Positions 27,126 to 39,831 of a stretch of 64,000 nt of DNA are shown one piece after another. A program made the position numbers and the translations under genes. This DNA is from Octopus sinensis (lineage: Eukaryota), in NCBI RefSeq assembly GCF_006345805.1, contig NC_043000.1, forward strand, positions 51,894,001-51,958,000, written 5' to 3'. Position 1 is the stretch's first letter, and every line of letters starts with the position of its first letter. The notes below the pieces were generated by a model. That model was not told where the DNA came from. It searched no databases and saw only the letters and a program-made list of their open reading frames with translations.

Positions 27126-30100
27126 GCTTAAAATATAATATCGAAACTGTATTGCATAAAGTTAATAAGAAAGGATCTTTCTACATAATGAAAATTCTTA
27201 AAACACTACATAATAAAACGTGTTTAAGCCATTGATGACCTAGTTGAGGATACGCTTCTCGATTTAGGAGTGTGGCTTTTGCCCTTAAGATTGTGAACAA
27301 AGGTTATAGTCATTTATTTCTTGGTATTGAGTAAGCTTTCGAAAACCCATGACAGTGAAGTAACTGCCACTCCTATTGGAAATATTGTGTTGCATTTCTG
27401 CTACAAATGCGTTTGGCAGGTAAGCATGAATATCGCTTTCTCGATTTATTTCCCATAAAAAAAGAGACTTTGTGCCCAACATTAAGTTGTCATAGCTATT
27501 TTGATTACAGGTCTTGTGAGATGCATAAGCGACATAGCATCACAGATACTATCCCATACGCCAGCAGAGACCAGTTATCTGCGTAGATAAATTTAGTTTA
27601 GATGCTTCGTGAGTATTACGAAATAAGGTTCCCATCTAATCAAATCTACAATCAATTTCAATTCTTTGCCATAAACAACTTGTTCTGCTTCTCTGTTTTT
27701 CGATTACGTATACAAAGAGATGAAATACTTCTGGGATTCAATTCTTACTCATTTAGAAAATGAAACTGAACATGTTCATTATCGTTAATGTAATTGGGAA
27801 GAATCGGAGCACGATAGCATGTGAGACTACTGACTTGGCATACCTAATGAAAAAAAGAACAAAAAAAAGGCGGGGGACTATGACAAACCAGGGAAGGAGT
27901 GTGCGCATAGACGTTTGAATAGCTAGAAACAGGAACCAAATTCACTTATAAACCCACGCATTACCGTTTTAGAATTAAAAAGGACACGTCAAATAATGTC
28001 GTCCTGGACAATTTCTCTGAAAATAAAGTGTGACACTCAGATGGAATTTATTTGATCATAGAACTCCACGATCAGGTCTGATATGGTGATGATAGCAAAT
28101 CATAATGTTATATGTTTTATATCTCATGTCGGTAAGAAGTACGACAAATCAATTAAGTAATTTCTTCAGCCGACTGTGCCAAAGTTTGCCGAATCCTTAA
28201 TACATCATTTATGCAATGATAAAAGCGCTGAATTGCTGCAATCTTCACCACTAAGTGTTTCCTCATAGGAATAATTGCGGAAAATGGTAACTCGAAAATC
28301 AAACTGATATTACATAGAATTTAGTTGTTAATACACAAGCGGCCAAGAGGCACAGCCATTAAAGAATCGGCCAAAATGCCTTCTGGTATTCGCACCGGTT
28401 CTCCCAGCTCTTGACGGAGAATACATCATCACAGTTATTATGCATGTGAAAGCAGCATTAGAGATTTTTAATTTCAAATCCCTTAGAGATCAACTTTGCC
28501 TTACACTTTTTCGGTATCGATAAATGAATACACCATCACAAATGACAGACCAAATGCATCTAAGCTAAACAATTGAACAGATAGCGAGTTTTATTGTCCG
28601 GAAATAATGTTATGTTTTGTTTTTACAAATCGTTATTTAAGAACGAGTTGTACACTTAATCGACGTAGGTGATAAATTGTTACGATGGAGACATTTAGAA
28701 ATCAAAGATAGCAAAGACGTTTTTAAGTATTACACAGATCTCAAACTTACAGACACTCACACATATATAAATGACATTATAACTATTAACTTTGGATATA
28801 ATTTGAACAGCTACTCCGACGGGAGTATATATGGCAGCCATTATAATCGATATAACTCCCATGAACTTTGAAGATTTCAACATTGGATAATTGAAACCAA
28901 CAGAAGTACATGCACACATGTGCATGCACGCACACTTACACATACAACATTTTAAAGGGTATTATGCAATCTACCAAGAGGTCAAGACTCTGAAAGAGAA
29001 TTGCACCGTGCTGGTTCCTTAGGCAAGACAGCTCTCTATTAGTGTGTACACACCTAACACCAACAAACAAGACAGTTGTAAGCACAACTAAACATTTTGT
29101 TGTTATTATTTTAACATAAACAAACCAAATGAAACGAACGAAATATCGTTTTGGACTATTCTTTGTTAAGAGAAAAATATCCTCAAAATGCTGAGTTGTG
29201 TTCATGCGATAATAGGATTGATGCAGGAGTACGTAAAGTAAGATTTAGACATATCTGTTTGGATTCAAGTTAACCGCCGAGGAAGCAGAGTTTACTTAAG
29301 GTCGATTAAATGAACTGAAAGTCACTTGAGTAAGGTAAGTTTCGAAACAGTGTCCAGGTTCACCACAAGATGATGCATGAAAAATATAAGTATACATGCA
29401 TGCATGTTTTAAAACAATGCTAACAAAGAAATAAATAACAGAATTGAAAAGTTGCTATATTTCCCTATGGAAGGAAAACAAACATCTGACATTTTTGAGT
29501 GGTTGATCCTTCATCGGAAGAAAGAAAAAAAAGAAAGAAGAGGAAGAAACAAACGGATACACGAGTATATCAGTTAATGATTATTTAGAAAATAATTTCC
29601 AACCTATAAGTGACATGCATACGCAAGTCTCCATTTCTTTCTTCGTTTTCCGTTTTTCTTTTATTTTCTATTTCTCTCCAAAGAAGGATCAACAAAAGGA
29701 AAGGCCTTTAACTTTCGAACTCTCCATCGCAACATCCTAATAGTTATTCTTATGCAAAACCAATTTCTATATATTAGACACAGTGAACGCGTCTTTGTTG
29801 TAAGGAAGACTGAAGAGGTGGATAGATTTAAAAGATGTGTCCAAACAGATATAAAATAATTTTGGAGACAAGAAAAACCTAACTTTGTGAGACAATACAA
29901 GAACAAACTTACCCACTCGGATACTATAGATATAACATGAAGTAAAAGCACCAACTATATAAATAAAGTGCATGCAATTTATAAAATAGATACCTATAGG
30001 AAACCCATGAAGTGAACAGAATGTGATTTGCATATAACCATGGAATAATAGAATATATTACAATGGTACCAAAATAGAAAACCTTTGTGATTAATACGAA

Positions 30101-30679
30101 GCCAAAGGGTTGCAATCCACATAATGTGACATTAGAGGAAGAGTATAATAGACAAAATTCAATGTAAACTTGAAAGGTGTTAACTTCAAGACTCAAATGT
30201 TAGATCAAATACCCAAGTACCAGCCGAAAAAAAAAAAAACTTAATAGAACTTCAGTCCTATATAGACACAAACACACACACACACACACACACACCACAC
30301 ACACACACAAAATAAAAGAAGAAAAGCGGATTAACTATGAAGTGTTACTAAGCGCAAAATAGGTAACAGAGGCAGGCATAAAAGACATAAAACATACTAT
30401 TAAAAGAAACCAAGAAATATAATTAAATATTTGCTTTCGCGTAGGCATAAAGAAATCAGAGATATAATGCTTGAGGAACGGATATGAGTTATCTCTATCT
30501 ATATGTACATTGAATATAATTGAAATGAAAGAGTGATGTACATATTGCCTTATGTATGTAAATAAATATATATAAATAAGGGTAAGATCATTAATTTAAA
30601 TTAAATATCGATCTTATCAAGTGGCCAGCATGGGAATAAAAACCTTCAAAGGTAATAATAATTATTAAAATTATAAAGT

Positions 30680-30938
30680 AAGGTGTCTACGAAATATCGC
30701 CATGCTGAAAATAGCAGCCAAAATCTGACTCCAAAACCACATTAAATGTTCATGCAGCACAAGGAGAAATGACAAAATAAACTAGCAAAAAAAAATATAT
30801 ATATATATATAAATTTTTTTGTTGCTAGTTTATTTTGTCTTTTTGTCTTCTCTCCTTGTGCTGCATGAACATTTAATGTGGTTTTGGAGTCAGATTTTGG
30901 CTGCTATTTTCAGCATGGTGGCATCTCGTAGATGCCCT
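30680..30938. repeat. Inverted repeat centred on a (TA)n tract
   Basis: 30700-30787 pairs with ~30824-30918 almost perfectly apart from one indel region. The outer ~20 bp pair imperfectly. Confidence 0.9.
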
Positions 30939-30958
30939 AAATTATAATATATATATAT

Positions 30959-31086
30959 AGGCGCAGGTGTGGCTGTGTGGCTTCCCAACCACATGGCACC
31001 TTGGGCAAGTGTCTTCTACTATAGCCTTGGGCCGACCAAAGCCTTGTGAGTGAATTCGGTAGATGGAAACTGAAAGAAGCTCGTCA

Positions 31087-31143
<57 letters not shown>

Positions 31144-31360
31144 TTTGTTATTTTTATCTGTGTTTATCCGCCCCCCTCGCTTGACAACCGATCTTGGTGT
31201 GTTGACTTTTTACGTGCCCGTCACGTAGCTACTCGGCAAAAGCGATCGATAGGATAAAATACTAGGCTTTCAAAGAATAGGTCCTGGGGGTCGATTTGTT
31301 CGACTAAAGGCGGTGCTCCAGTATGGCCGCAGTCAGATGACTGAAACAAGTAAGAAGAAT
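30959..31360 (+). mobile_element. SINE family A
   Basis: Same head, body and tail as 20134-20540, with small deletions. Confidence 0.85.
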
Positions 31361-31709
31361 AAGAAATAAATGAATACATGCCAATAAGCATATTACACTT
31401 AGTGCAGATATAGCTAAACTGCGGTGTTCTTCTCGTGAAAGCATCATTTATAGAGACATAGTCTCAAAAATACAGATATATATCCACAGGAGAAGAAAAT
31501 CGTCCAGCAACGGGTGTGGCAAGGCAAAATACGTATTTCTGTTTCTTTGAGTTTCGCCAATAGCAACTATACACTAACAGCGCACGCTAAGTGAATATCG
31601 ACCGCTACGGATATAGATAGACTGTGATTTAAAATGTCACTAATTTAGTCGCTGTTGGACGATTTTCGTGTATTGCCGATATATTTCTATGCGTTTTAAA
31701 CCTCAACGA

Positions 31710-31956
31710 GGTACTAGTAGCGTAGACTGGACCCGGTTTGCGCACACGCGCGTCCGTGCTAGCCAGACGTAGGCAGTCGATCCTACGAGCTGACTGGCGC
31801 ATACACGATATATACTTGTATCGATATATACAAGTATATATCGTATATATCGTGCATGCGCCAGTCAGCTCGTAGGATCGACTGCCTACGTCTGGCTAGC
31901 GCGGACGCGCGTCTGCGCGTGTGCGCAAACCGGGTCCAGTCTACGCTACTAGTACC
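31710..31956. mobile_element. Fold-back MITE, Mutator-like, with a 9-bp TSD
   Basis: The whole 247 bp is a palindrome (GGTACTAGTAGCG...CGCTACTAGTACC), flanked by CCTCAACGA (31701-9) and CCTAAACGA (31957-65). It is GC/CpG-rich. Confidence 0.75.
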
Positions 31957-32470
31957 CCTAAACGACTATAAGATATGCTTTCTCGAGATGAATTCTGCAG
32001 TTTAGCAGAGTTTGTGTAATACGTTCGCCATAAGTATGGTGTACAAATTGCTATTTTGAACTAATACTGCTCCGATCGCGAATAACGAATATATACACAC
32101 ACACACACACACACACAAACAAGAGAGCATTTTTACCAGAAGCTAATTTGATAGTACCTACTGTAGTATAGTTTGTTCTAATAGGACATCCACGTTTCAG
32201 CGGCGATAAATATTACCTCTTAATAGCACATCTGTCGCGCATATATATATATATATAATTATGTGAAATAGAAAGATGAATAATCTTGTAGTAGATTAAT
32301 CAAAAGTTTAACCGATACCTTGGTAGCAAAAATCACAGCAGTAAACAGCACGGTTGGAGGTACAACCATATGGTGTTGCAACCGTGCGTTGGTGCGGATA
32401 ATTGAAATTAAAATATTATTGGTGAATTGAAGAAATGGAGCTGAACGCAGATTGAACAGAAATCGTTTTA

Positions 32471-32560
32471 TTTCATTCTACACGTGTTTCGAAAGGCACA
32501 ATTTACCAAAATCCGATTGAATAATGGGACCATATTGTGTCTTTCTCTTCAGGAAGAAAA
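32471..32560 (-). ncRNA. Type I hammerhead ribozyme motif (mirror copy)
   Basis: Reverse complement of 34493-34582. CTGAAGA lies at 32552-32546 and the GUA triplet at 32481-32479. Confidence 0.8.
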
Positions 32561-33153
32561 TAGGAAATCCGTTGGAAAAAACAAAAACAGAACAGAGGCG
32601 GAGCAAAAACAAATCGAACTAGGCTCCTAAAAGCCCATGGCGAAACTGTTTATCAGTGTATGTTGAGAACTGGTGGCTGAAGAATTTAACGGGTCAGGCA
32701 TCGGTCAATCATGTGGGTGAGGGTGTGTAGATGTTCTTAGTGACCGAGAATAAAGTTCTGACTATTTAAGGAATATTGGATGTTTTATAAGGGGCGAGAA
32801 AAAATCTACTTAGAGACGTGTGTGTGTCTACAGTTCTGTATATGTGTGTGCTGGCGTAGGGGTAGAAAACATTTTTTGTGTACGTGTGTGCGTTTGATCG
32901 TTCGGCTGTCAGTGGCTACTGCAGTGAGAACCGTTGGGTGGCAGAAAAAAATATATATATTATGTTTTATGTGTGTGTGTGTGTGTGTGTTCATCTAAGC
33001 CTGCCTTGTCAAGGAAACCCCCCGTTGTGAAAAAACCAAGCCCCGTTTATCTTACAGGAGTAATTCCCCTTGCAGTGGTTAATCGTAGATATCTTAAAGG
33101 CTATTTCAGAATTAGTTACCAAGGGCTATGGGCGCCGGTATTATTTATAAACG

Positions 33154-33754
33154 CTATTTAAAAGCCAGATAAGTGTAACGCCGCCAATGGGGGCAACGAA
33201 AAGCCGACTGTAAAAGCCCGTTTACCGTCCGGCCGCTGGCAAACAAAATATGGAAGAGTTCGGAGACACAAAAGTTGCACTGCCTTCTGCCCCTATCAAA
33301 TGGGAGGGCCACCGACAAAATTGACCATTCCAGCCTGTAGCTTAAGTTCGTATCCTTCAGTCGCCATATTAGCTTACTGAGTCCCGTGGTCTGGCGCTTG
33401 TTTATGTCCCGAAAAGTTGCGTAATGGTTGGAGACTCGCAAAGACAATCTTGAGGATGAGGCCCCTACATAAGTGAAGACATCTGAGTCCGTGTAAACCT
33501 TGCATTGGTAGACGGCGTTTTTGATCTTGGAGTTCGCCGACGTGAATCTTATTCTGCTAGGATTAGTTTCTGAAATTAGAACTGCGTTCCTGTCACTATA
33601 TTCGTTCCGAGACCTGCAGCCGCTTACTACTCTATTTTCCACTATGTCACTATTAACTATAGGAATAACCCCTGATTCTCCACTATCTATCAGAGTGCTG
33701 TCATTGCTAGTGCCCGTGGTGCTGCTATTGCGGGAAATGATGCTGGTGATGCTA
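33154..33754 (-). CDS. PLE linker plus GIY-YIG endonuclease, open frame, 5'-truncated
   Basis: AVYQCKV..TYVGASSSRLSLRVSNH..TGLSKLIWRLKD..LEWSIL..CNFCVSE..IL..VN..RCPH retains the Tyr, Tyr, Arg, His, Glu and Asn positions typical of PLE GIY-YIG domains. Confidence 0.85.
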
Positions 33755-34492
33755 TTGATAGGGGCAGAAGGCAGTGCAACCTTTGTGTCTCCGAACTCTT
33801 CCATATTTTGTTTGCCAGCGGCCGGACGGTAAACGGGCTTTTACAGTCGGCTTTTCGTTGCCCCCATTGGCGGCGTTACACTTATCTGGCTTTTAAATAG
33901 CGTTTATAAATAATACCGGCACCCATAGCCCTTGGTAACTAATTCTGAAATAGCCTTTAAGATATCTACGATTAACCACTGCAAGGGGAATTACTCCTGT
34001 AAGATAAACGGGGCTTGGTTTTTTCACAACGGGGGGTTTCCTTGACAAGGCAGGCTTAGATGAACACACACACACACACACATAAAACATAATATATATT
34101 TTTTTTTTCTGCCACCCAACGGTTCTCACTGCAGTAGCCACTGACAGCCGAACGATCAAACGCACACACGTACACAAAAAATGTTTTCTACCCCTACGCC
34201 AGCACACACATATACAGAACAGTAGACACACACACGTCTCTAAGTAGATTTTTTCTCGCCCCTTATAAAACATCCAATATTCCTTAAATAGTCAGAACTT
34301 TATTCTCGGTCACTAAGAACATCTACACACCCTCACCCACATGATTGACCGATGCCTGACCCGTTAAATTCTTCAGCCACCAGTTCTCAACATACACTGA
34401 TAAACAGTTTCGCCATGGGCTTTTAGGAGCCTAGTTCGATTTGTTTTTGCTCCGCCTCTGTTCTGTTTTTGTTTTTTCCAACGGATTTCCTA

Positions 34493-34582
34493 TTTTCTTC
34501 CTGAAGAGAAAGACACAATATGGTCCCATTATTCAATCGGATTTTGGTAAATTGTGCCTTTCGAAACACGTGTAGAATGAAA
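34493..34582 (+). ncRNA. Type I hammerhead ribozyme motif of the PLE terminal repeat
   Basis: CTGAAGA (34501-7), stem II gaaagacacaat/attgtgcctttc, GAAAC (34563-7), palindromic stem III ACACGTGT, predicted cleavage triplet GUA (34572-4), short stem I ttc/gaa. Confidence 0.8.
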
Positions 34583-35820
34583 TAAAACGATTTCTGTTCA
34601 ATCTGCGTTCAGCTCCATTTCTTCAATTCACCAATAATATTATATATATATATATATATATATTAAACTATGGTTGCGGAACAAACAAATATAAGGTCAT
34701 CCAGGTAACATTTCATATCTCGAACATTTAATCACATAATGCTTTTTCTTTCACATAGAATATACATGCGTAAAATCACGGAAGATGAAACACAACTCAT
34801 CAATACAAGCAAATAAGAAAAATATAGGAAAAATGTATGAATACAGTCCATCGCGGTTAAAAGTTAATGATTGATACTTTAGCGACTAAAAAAATATATA
34901 TTTTTTAACATTACAAATCTAGAATAATAAATACATAAAAATATAAAGAAATATATAAATATATAGATATATAAAAATATATAAAAATACATATATATAG
35001 GAAACATATAAATAAATAATATATTAAGATAAAAGTTTATCGTTTAGAAATTTTTTCGATTAAAAATTACTTTTCAAGATAAGGGAAACCTATTGTTAAC
35101 AGCCAGTGTCCAAGCAAAAAAAAGAAGAAACCATATTTACATTCCCTATGACCATTTCAGAGGTACATCACCGTATTAAATGCACGAGGTTACATCACGA
35201 TAATTACTCCTTCGTCAGGGATAAAAATAAAGGAGCAGACATCACGTACCAGGGCGAGACCTCCTTAACCAAACATAATGCGATATTGCGTGGTTTTTTA
35301 TTTTAGAAGTAATGCTTAGACCAGCCCAAATATTCGAAATTAAAAAAAAAAAATTTTTTGAAAGAATTAAAACAGTTAAAAGAAAAAAAAGTGATCTATA
35401 TCTAGCATAAAAAAACCTACCGTGCTACCTACATATATAAAAAAAAACACTATATCTATACATTAACTATATAAATGGCTGTATTAAATTAAATACAAAC
35501 TCGACGGTTTCAATTCCCTGTAAGAGCTAAATTATTTATTTGCTACAACTTATTTTATTCCTATACACTTTTAAGAAGGTAGATGAAAATTTATGGATGC
35601 AAAAAAGGAATCACGTCAGTAAATTTATTCAGAGTGTGTAGTCCATAACACCTAAGGATGGTAAGGGATTCCCTTACACTTGCTAATATTTCCTTTGAAT
35701 TTTAATTTACCTCGTACTGGGCCTGTAACAGTGTGAACTTGCTAGCCACCTTATTATTACTATAAAAGTAATAATACTTCTTTATTTAAATGTATATGTG
35801 TGTGTGTCTGTATATGCACG

Positions 35821-35887
<67 letters not shown>

Positions 35888-35929
35888 GTATGTATGTATA
35901 CATATGTCTATATATATCTATATACATAA

Positions 35930-36109
35930 TATATATGAGTATATATGCATGTGTGTGTATATATAGATATGTATATATTTATGCATATGTATCTATTTAT
36001 TTATCTCTATATTATATATATATATACACACACAATATATATGAGTATATATGCATGTGTGTGTATATATAGATATGTATATATTTATGCATATGTATCT
36101 ATTTATCTA

Positions 36110-36110
<1 letters not shown>
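35930..36110. repeat. ~106-bp tandem duplication of microsatellite-derived sequence
   Basis: atgagtatatatgcatgtgtgtgtatatatagatatg.. occurs at 35935 and 36041. Confidence 0.85.
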
Positions 36111-36147
<37 letters not shown>

Positions 36148-36148
<1 letters not shown>

Positions 36149-36870
36149 CATCATCATCGTAGTTTAACGTCCGTTTTCCATGCTGGCATGGCTTGGACGG
36201 TTCGACTGGGGTCCGGGAAACCAGGAGGCTACACCAGGCTCCAGTATGATGTGGCAGTGTTTCTACAGCTGGATACCCTTCTTAACGCCAACCACTCCGA
36301 GATTGTAGTAGGTACTTTTTACGAGTCACCGGCACAGGAGCCTGAGGGGCTGGCAACGACCACAATTGGTTGGCGCTTTTAACGTGCCACCGGCACGGAA
36401 GCCAGTAAAGGCGGCGCTGGCATCGGCCACGTTCAGATGGTGCTTCTTACGTGCGACCGGCACAGGTATCACTACTACAATTTCCATTTGATTTATATTT
36501 TGATGTTGATGTACTTGACTTAATAGGTCTCCTCAAGCACGGCATGACGCGCTACGATCCAAGGTACTTTTGAGTGGGCTGGTTATGCGACTCTAGTGTA
36601 GGTTACAACTGTGAACTCACTATATTTGTCGGGTCTTCTCAGTCACAGCATATCTCCAGAGATCTCGGTTTTTTGTCATTGTCTCTGTAAGGTCCAACAT
36701 TCATCCCATGTCTTCCTGGGTCTCCTTCTACGCCGGATTTCTTCCACTGTTTGGGAGTGGCACTTCTTCACACAGCCCTCTTCATCCATCCGTAGTACAT
36801 GACGATACCAACGCAAACGTCTCTCTTGCATACCACATCCGATGCTTCTTATGTCCAACATTTGTATTAA
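36148..36870 (-). mobile_element. RTE-clade LINE 3' end
   Basis: Minus strand gives MQERRLRWYRHVLRMDEEGCVKKC..RRRPRKTWDE, then a 3' UTR ending in a (GAT)n tail. Confidence 0.8.
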
Positions 36871-37229
36871 ACATACCAGGTTTCTTTGCTATCGTTCGGT
36901 GTGCTAGAAACAACAGTCGAATTCGAATTAAGTTTCACTCTACTATTTTGAAAAGTGATACATTAAGTTGATTGGATATAGTTTACCAAAAGAGGTAAGA
37001 TAGTCATGACTATCTTATCTAATGATGGAAATTCACTAAATAGAGGTGCATACCACCAAATATAAACACAAAGGTATAACAGACTGTAGAGTTCTGGCCT
37101 CGCTGATCGCACTAACCTTCCCTGCACCACCGGGAAAAAAAACACCAAAAACTTTATGCGTATACAAATAGACTGGGCAATAGAGAAAAGTAAACAACTA
37201 AACTGATGGATATATAACACTGTACATTT

Positions 37230-37297
<68 letters not shown>

Positions 37298-38124
37298 CAA
37301 CAGGCTACTTCAGTGTTTTCCCTCGACCAAACCTATTCACAGAGTATTAGTTGGCCCGGGGCTATAGTAGAAGACTAACGTCTGTCGTGGGGCTGAACCC
37401 AGAACCAAGTGGTTGCAAAGTGAATTTCTTAACCATACAGCCATGTCTGCGCTTTAGGACACAAAATAAAAATTTCAATGACACCAAGCCTCAACGTTTC
37501 TTATATAATGTGTATATATGTGTGGCTAGCCAACGCCGGTTTGTTTACGTCCAAATAACAATTGCTGTAAAAAAACAGAAAATGACAATAAAAACACCAG
37601 GCTTAAAATAATTACCGGGCTTAATAATAAAATAATTACGAGGCTTAAAATAATTACCCCAGCATGGAGTAAAAGAGTAATCTGTAATTGGAGTAGCGTG
37701 TAGCTGCTTCAAATATTTTCATGGTTTAGTTTATGGCATTTTATACTTCACAACTACAAATTATTTCAATATTTCTCTATTTCTTTAATATTTACAGTTT
37801 GAGATTTTTCTGTCATCAAAATTTTAATCCATCTGTCTTTACACGAGGAAAGAGAAAACGTTAGAGATCATGAGTAATTTAAAGTGAGATATAACAATAG
37901 AGAAAAACTGTCATGGAGCGTAAGTTATTTAACCTGAGGCAAGATAACATATCGGGATTCACAGGAAAAACCACAGGAAATGAAAGTGACATTTTATAGT
38001 TTTAATGGATGACTAGAAAATAATATTTCTGATAATTTGTTAACAGTGAAAATGAATAGCTTGAAAGCTATGACAGCATTTATCATCAAGCTCAAATTTA
38101 AAATACATGCATATGTAAAGTTAT

Positions 38125-38173
<49 letters not shown>

Positions 38174-38559
38174 AGAAAATATCGTTTTCTCATGAATATT
38201 TTTTTTAAGTAAAAATAAATTATTTCGTAACTTCCAAGACACTTTCTAAATTGCCGTGAAAAATGTATTTTTTCTTGCCGAGAACACCAATCCTTTACTA
38301 GTAACATTCTCAGTGCTAATAAACCTGAGGTACGTCGAAAGTCTCCTATCCAAAGTATTTCTATTGAAACCAAACTTACTAATTTTGAAATTTTACAGAA
38401 ACCTCATCGATTCGACCAGACGTTACTGAAGAATACAGTCGAATATACAAAAGTTGACAGCGGTGAGACTTGAATTCAAAATAGAGAAAAACGTAAACGA
38501 AAGGCAGCAAAGCCATTTGCTTGGCGCGCTGTTATTTGTGCTAGTTTACAATTCTTATC

Positions 38560-38960
38560 AAGGATGCAAATCGTTTGCGCGTCAAGAAAGCGCTTTATTC
38601 TAAATCCCAATTCCGCTGAAGTCCACTTTGCCTTCCAACCTTACAGGGTCGATGAGATAAGTACCAGTTTAGTCCTGCAGTCGACTAGCCCTTTACGCCA
38701 AAATTTCAGGCCTTGTACCTATAGAAGAAAAAATTATTATTATTACGTTTATGTGTTTGTTTTGCAAGATTCTTGATGTGAAATCATGTGTTGAAAGAGA
38801 CTATCCCCAAGAATAACATTATTATTATTATTCCTTTATAATATAGGCACAGGAGGTTAGTCTACTACATCGATTGCAGCTCTCACCCAGTACTTATTTC
38901 ATCGACCCCGAAAGGATGAAGGAAATGTCTTGCAGGATAGCGATTCTGCCAGCTCACTAC
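38560..38960. mobile_element. Two family B SINEs in inverted orientation
   Basis: A plus-strand copy at ~38560-38735 and a minus-strand copy at ~38840-38960. Confidence 0.65.
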
Positions 38961-38961
38961 C

Positions 38962-38995
<34 letters not shown>

Positions 38996-39074
38996 CAATG
39001 AGCTTCTCTGCCCTAGGTGTATGGAAAACACACGGCGAGAAACGGAAGAAAATTTGAAGAAAGAAGAAAAAAAC

Positions 39075-39109
<35 letters not shown>

Positions 39110-39460
39110 CCATCTACGCCGTGTGTGGTGGTCCCTTTCTGGATATCGGCAGGCTGGAGGCGGACCAGAATCTTAGAGCCTACCGGATGTAACACTGTCA
39201 CCATCATTGGCTTCAGTTTCATTACCACCGTTATTCCCAATATTTTGTTTTTCTATTGTCACTCATATGAGGTAGCGATTATCAGGTTGCGCAGTTACCA
39301 GTGTTTTTATTGTGAGACCATCACTAGATGTATCATTAATCTACTCAATAGGAGAAGGAGGAGGCTCAACCCGTTTCCTTTCATTATTATTATTATTATT
39401 GTCACTGATATCACTGATATTTTTGTTTTTATTTGTAGTAATGGCAGCGGTTGCAACAAC

Positions 39461-39736
39461 AGCTTGGGAGGTTAAGCAGTTGTGGCCGATGAAAAAGGTA
39501 GCAGTAGTACCAATAATTGTAGGAGCCCTGGGGAACAGTGAGCGAAAATCTCGAGAAGTACGTGGAACAAATAGGAGCTGCAGAAAGGGTGGAGCACTTG
39601 CAGAAAACAGCACTGTTTGGAACTGCTCGAATATTCCGAAAGGTGTTCGTAAAATAAGAGATGTTACCTTAGTTCACTGGTAGTGAACAGCTGACACTGT
39701 AGTACATCTCTAGCGTTAGTAGCTGTGCAAAGGCAA

Positions 39737-39770
<34 letters not shown>

Positions 39771-39830
39771 GATAATAATAATAATAATAATAACAATAAT
39801 AATAATAGTAATAATAATAATAATAATACT
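39461..39830 (+). mobile_element. R4/Dong-like (RLE) non-LTR retrotransposon 3' end with a (TAC)n(TAA)n tail
   Basis: AWEVKQLWPMKKVAVVPIIVGALG / VSENLEKYVEQIG..LQKTALFGTARIFRKV matches the C-terminus of the restriction-like endonuclease domain. Confidence 0.75.
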
Positions 39831-39831
39831 C

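Larger units (their letters stand above)
32412..34641. mobile_element. Young 5'-truncated Penelope-like element with an inverted duplicate of its 3' part
   Basis: Arms 32412-33299 and 33755-34641 are ~99% complementary. The element carries a GIY-YIG ORF on the minus strand and a hammerhead motif in each arm, and the right end abuts (TA)n. Confidence 0.9.

Noticed and set aside
32348-32387. 9-bp hairpin gcacggttg/caaccgtgc beside the PLE left end
   Set aside because: It is short, lies outside the inverted arm, and shows no TSD or other link to the element.
33755-33804. Apparent start MEEFGDTKVALPSAP of the 216-aa ORF
   Set aside because: These codons come from the antisense strand of the inverted arm. 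The genuine PLE frame is 5'-truncated at ~33754.
35080-35700. Possible PLE reverse-transcriptase remnants (GKPIVNS, YSFVRD, SLTLANI)
   Set aside because: The motifs are short and in different frames, too weak to call without a profile search.
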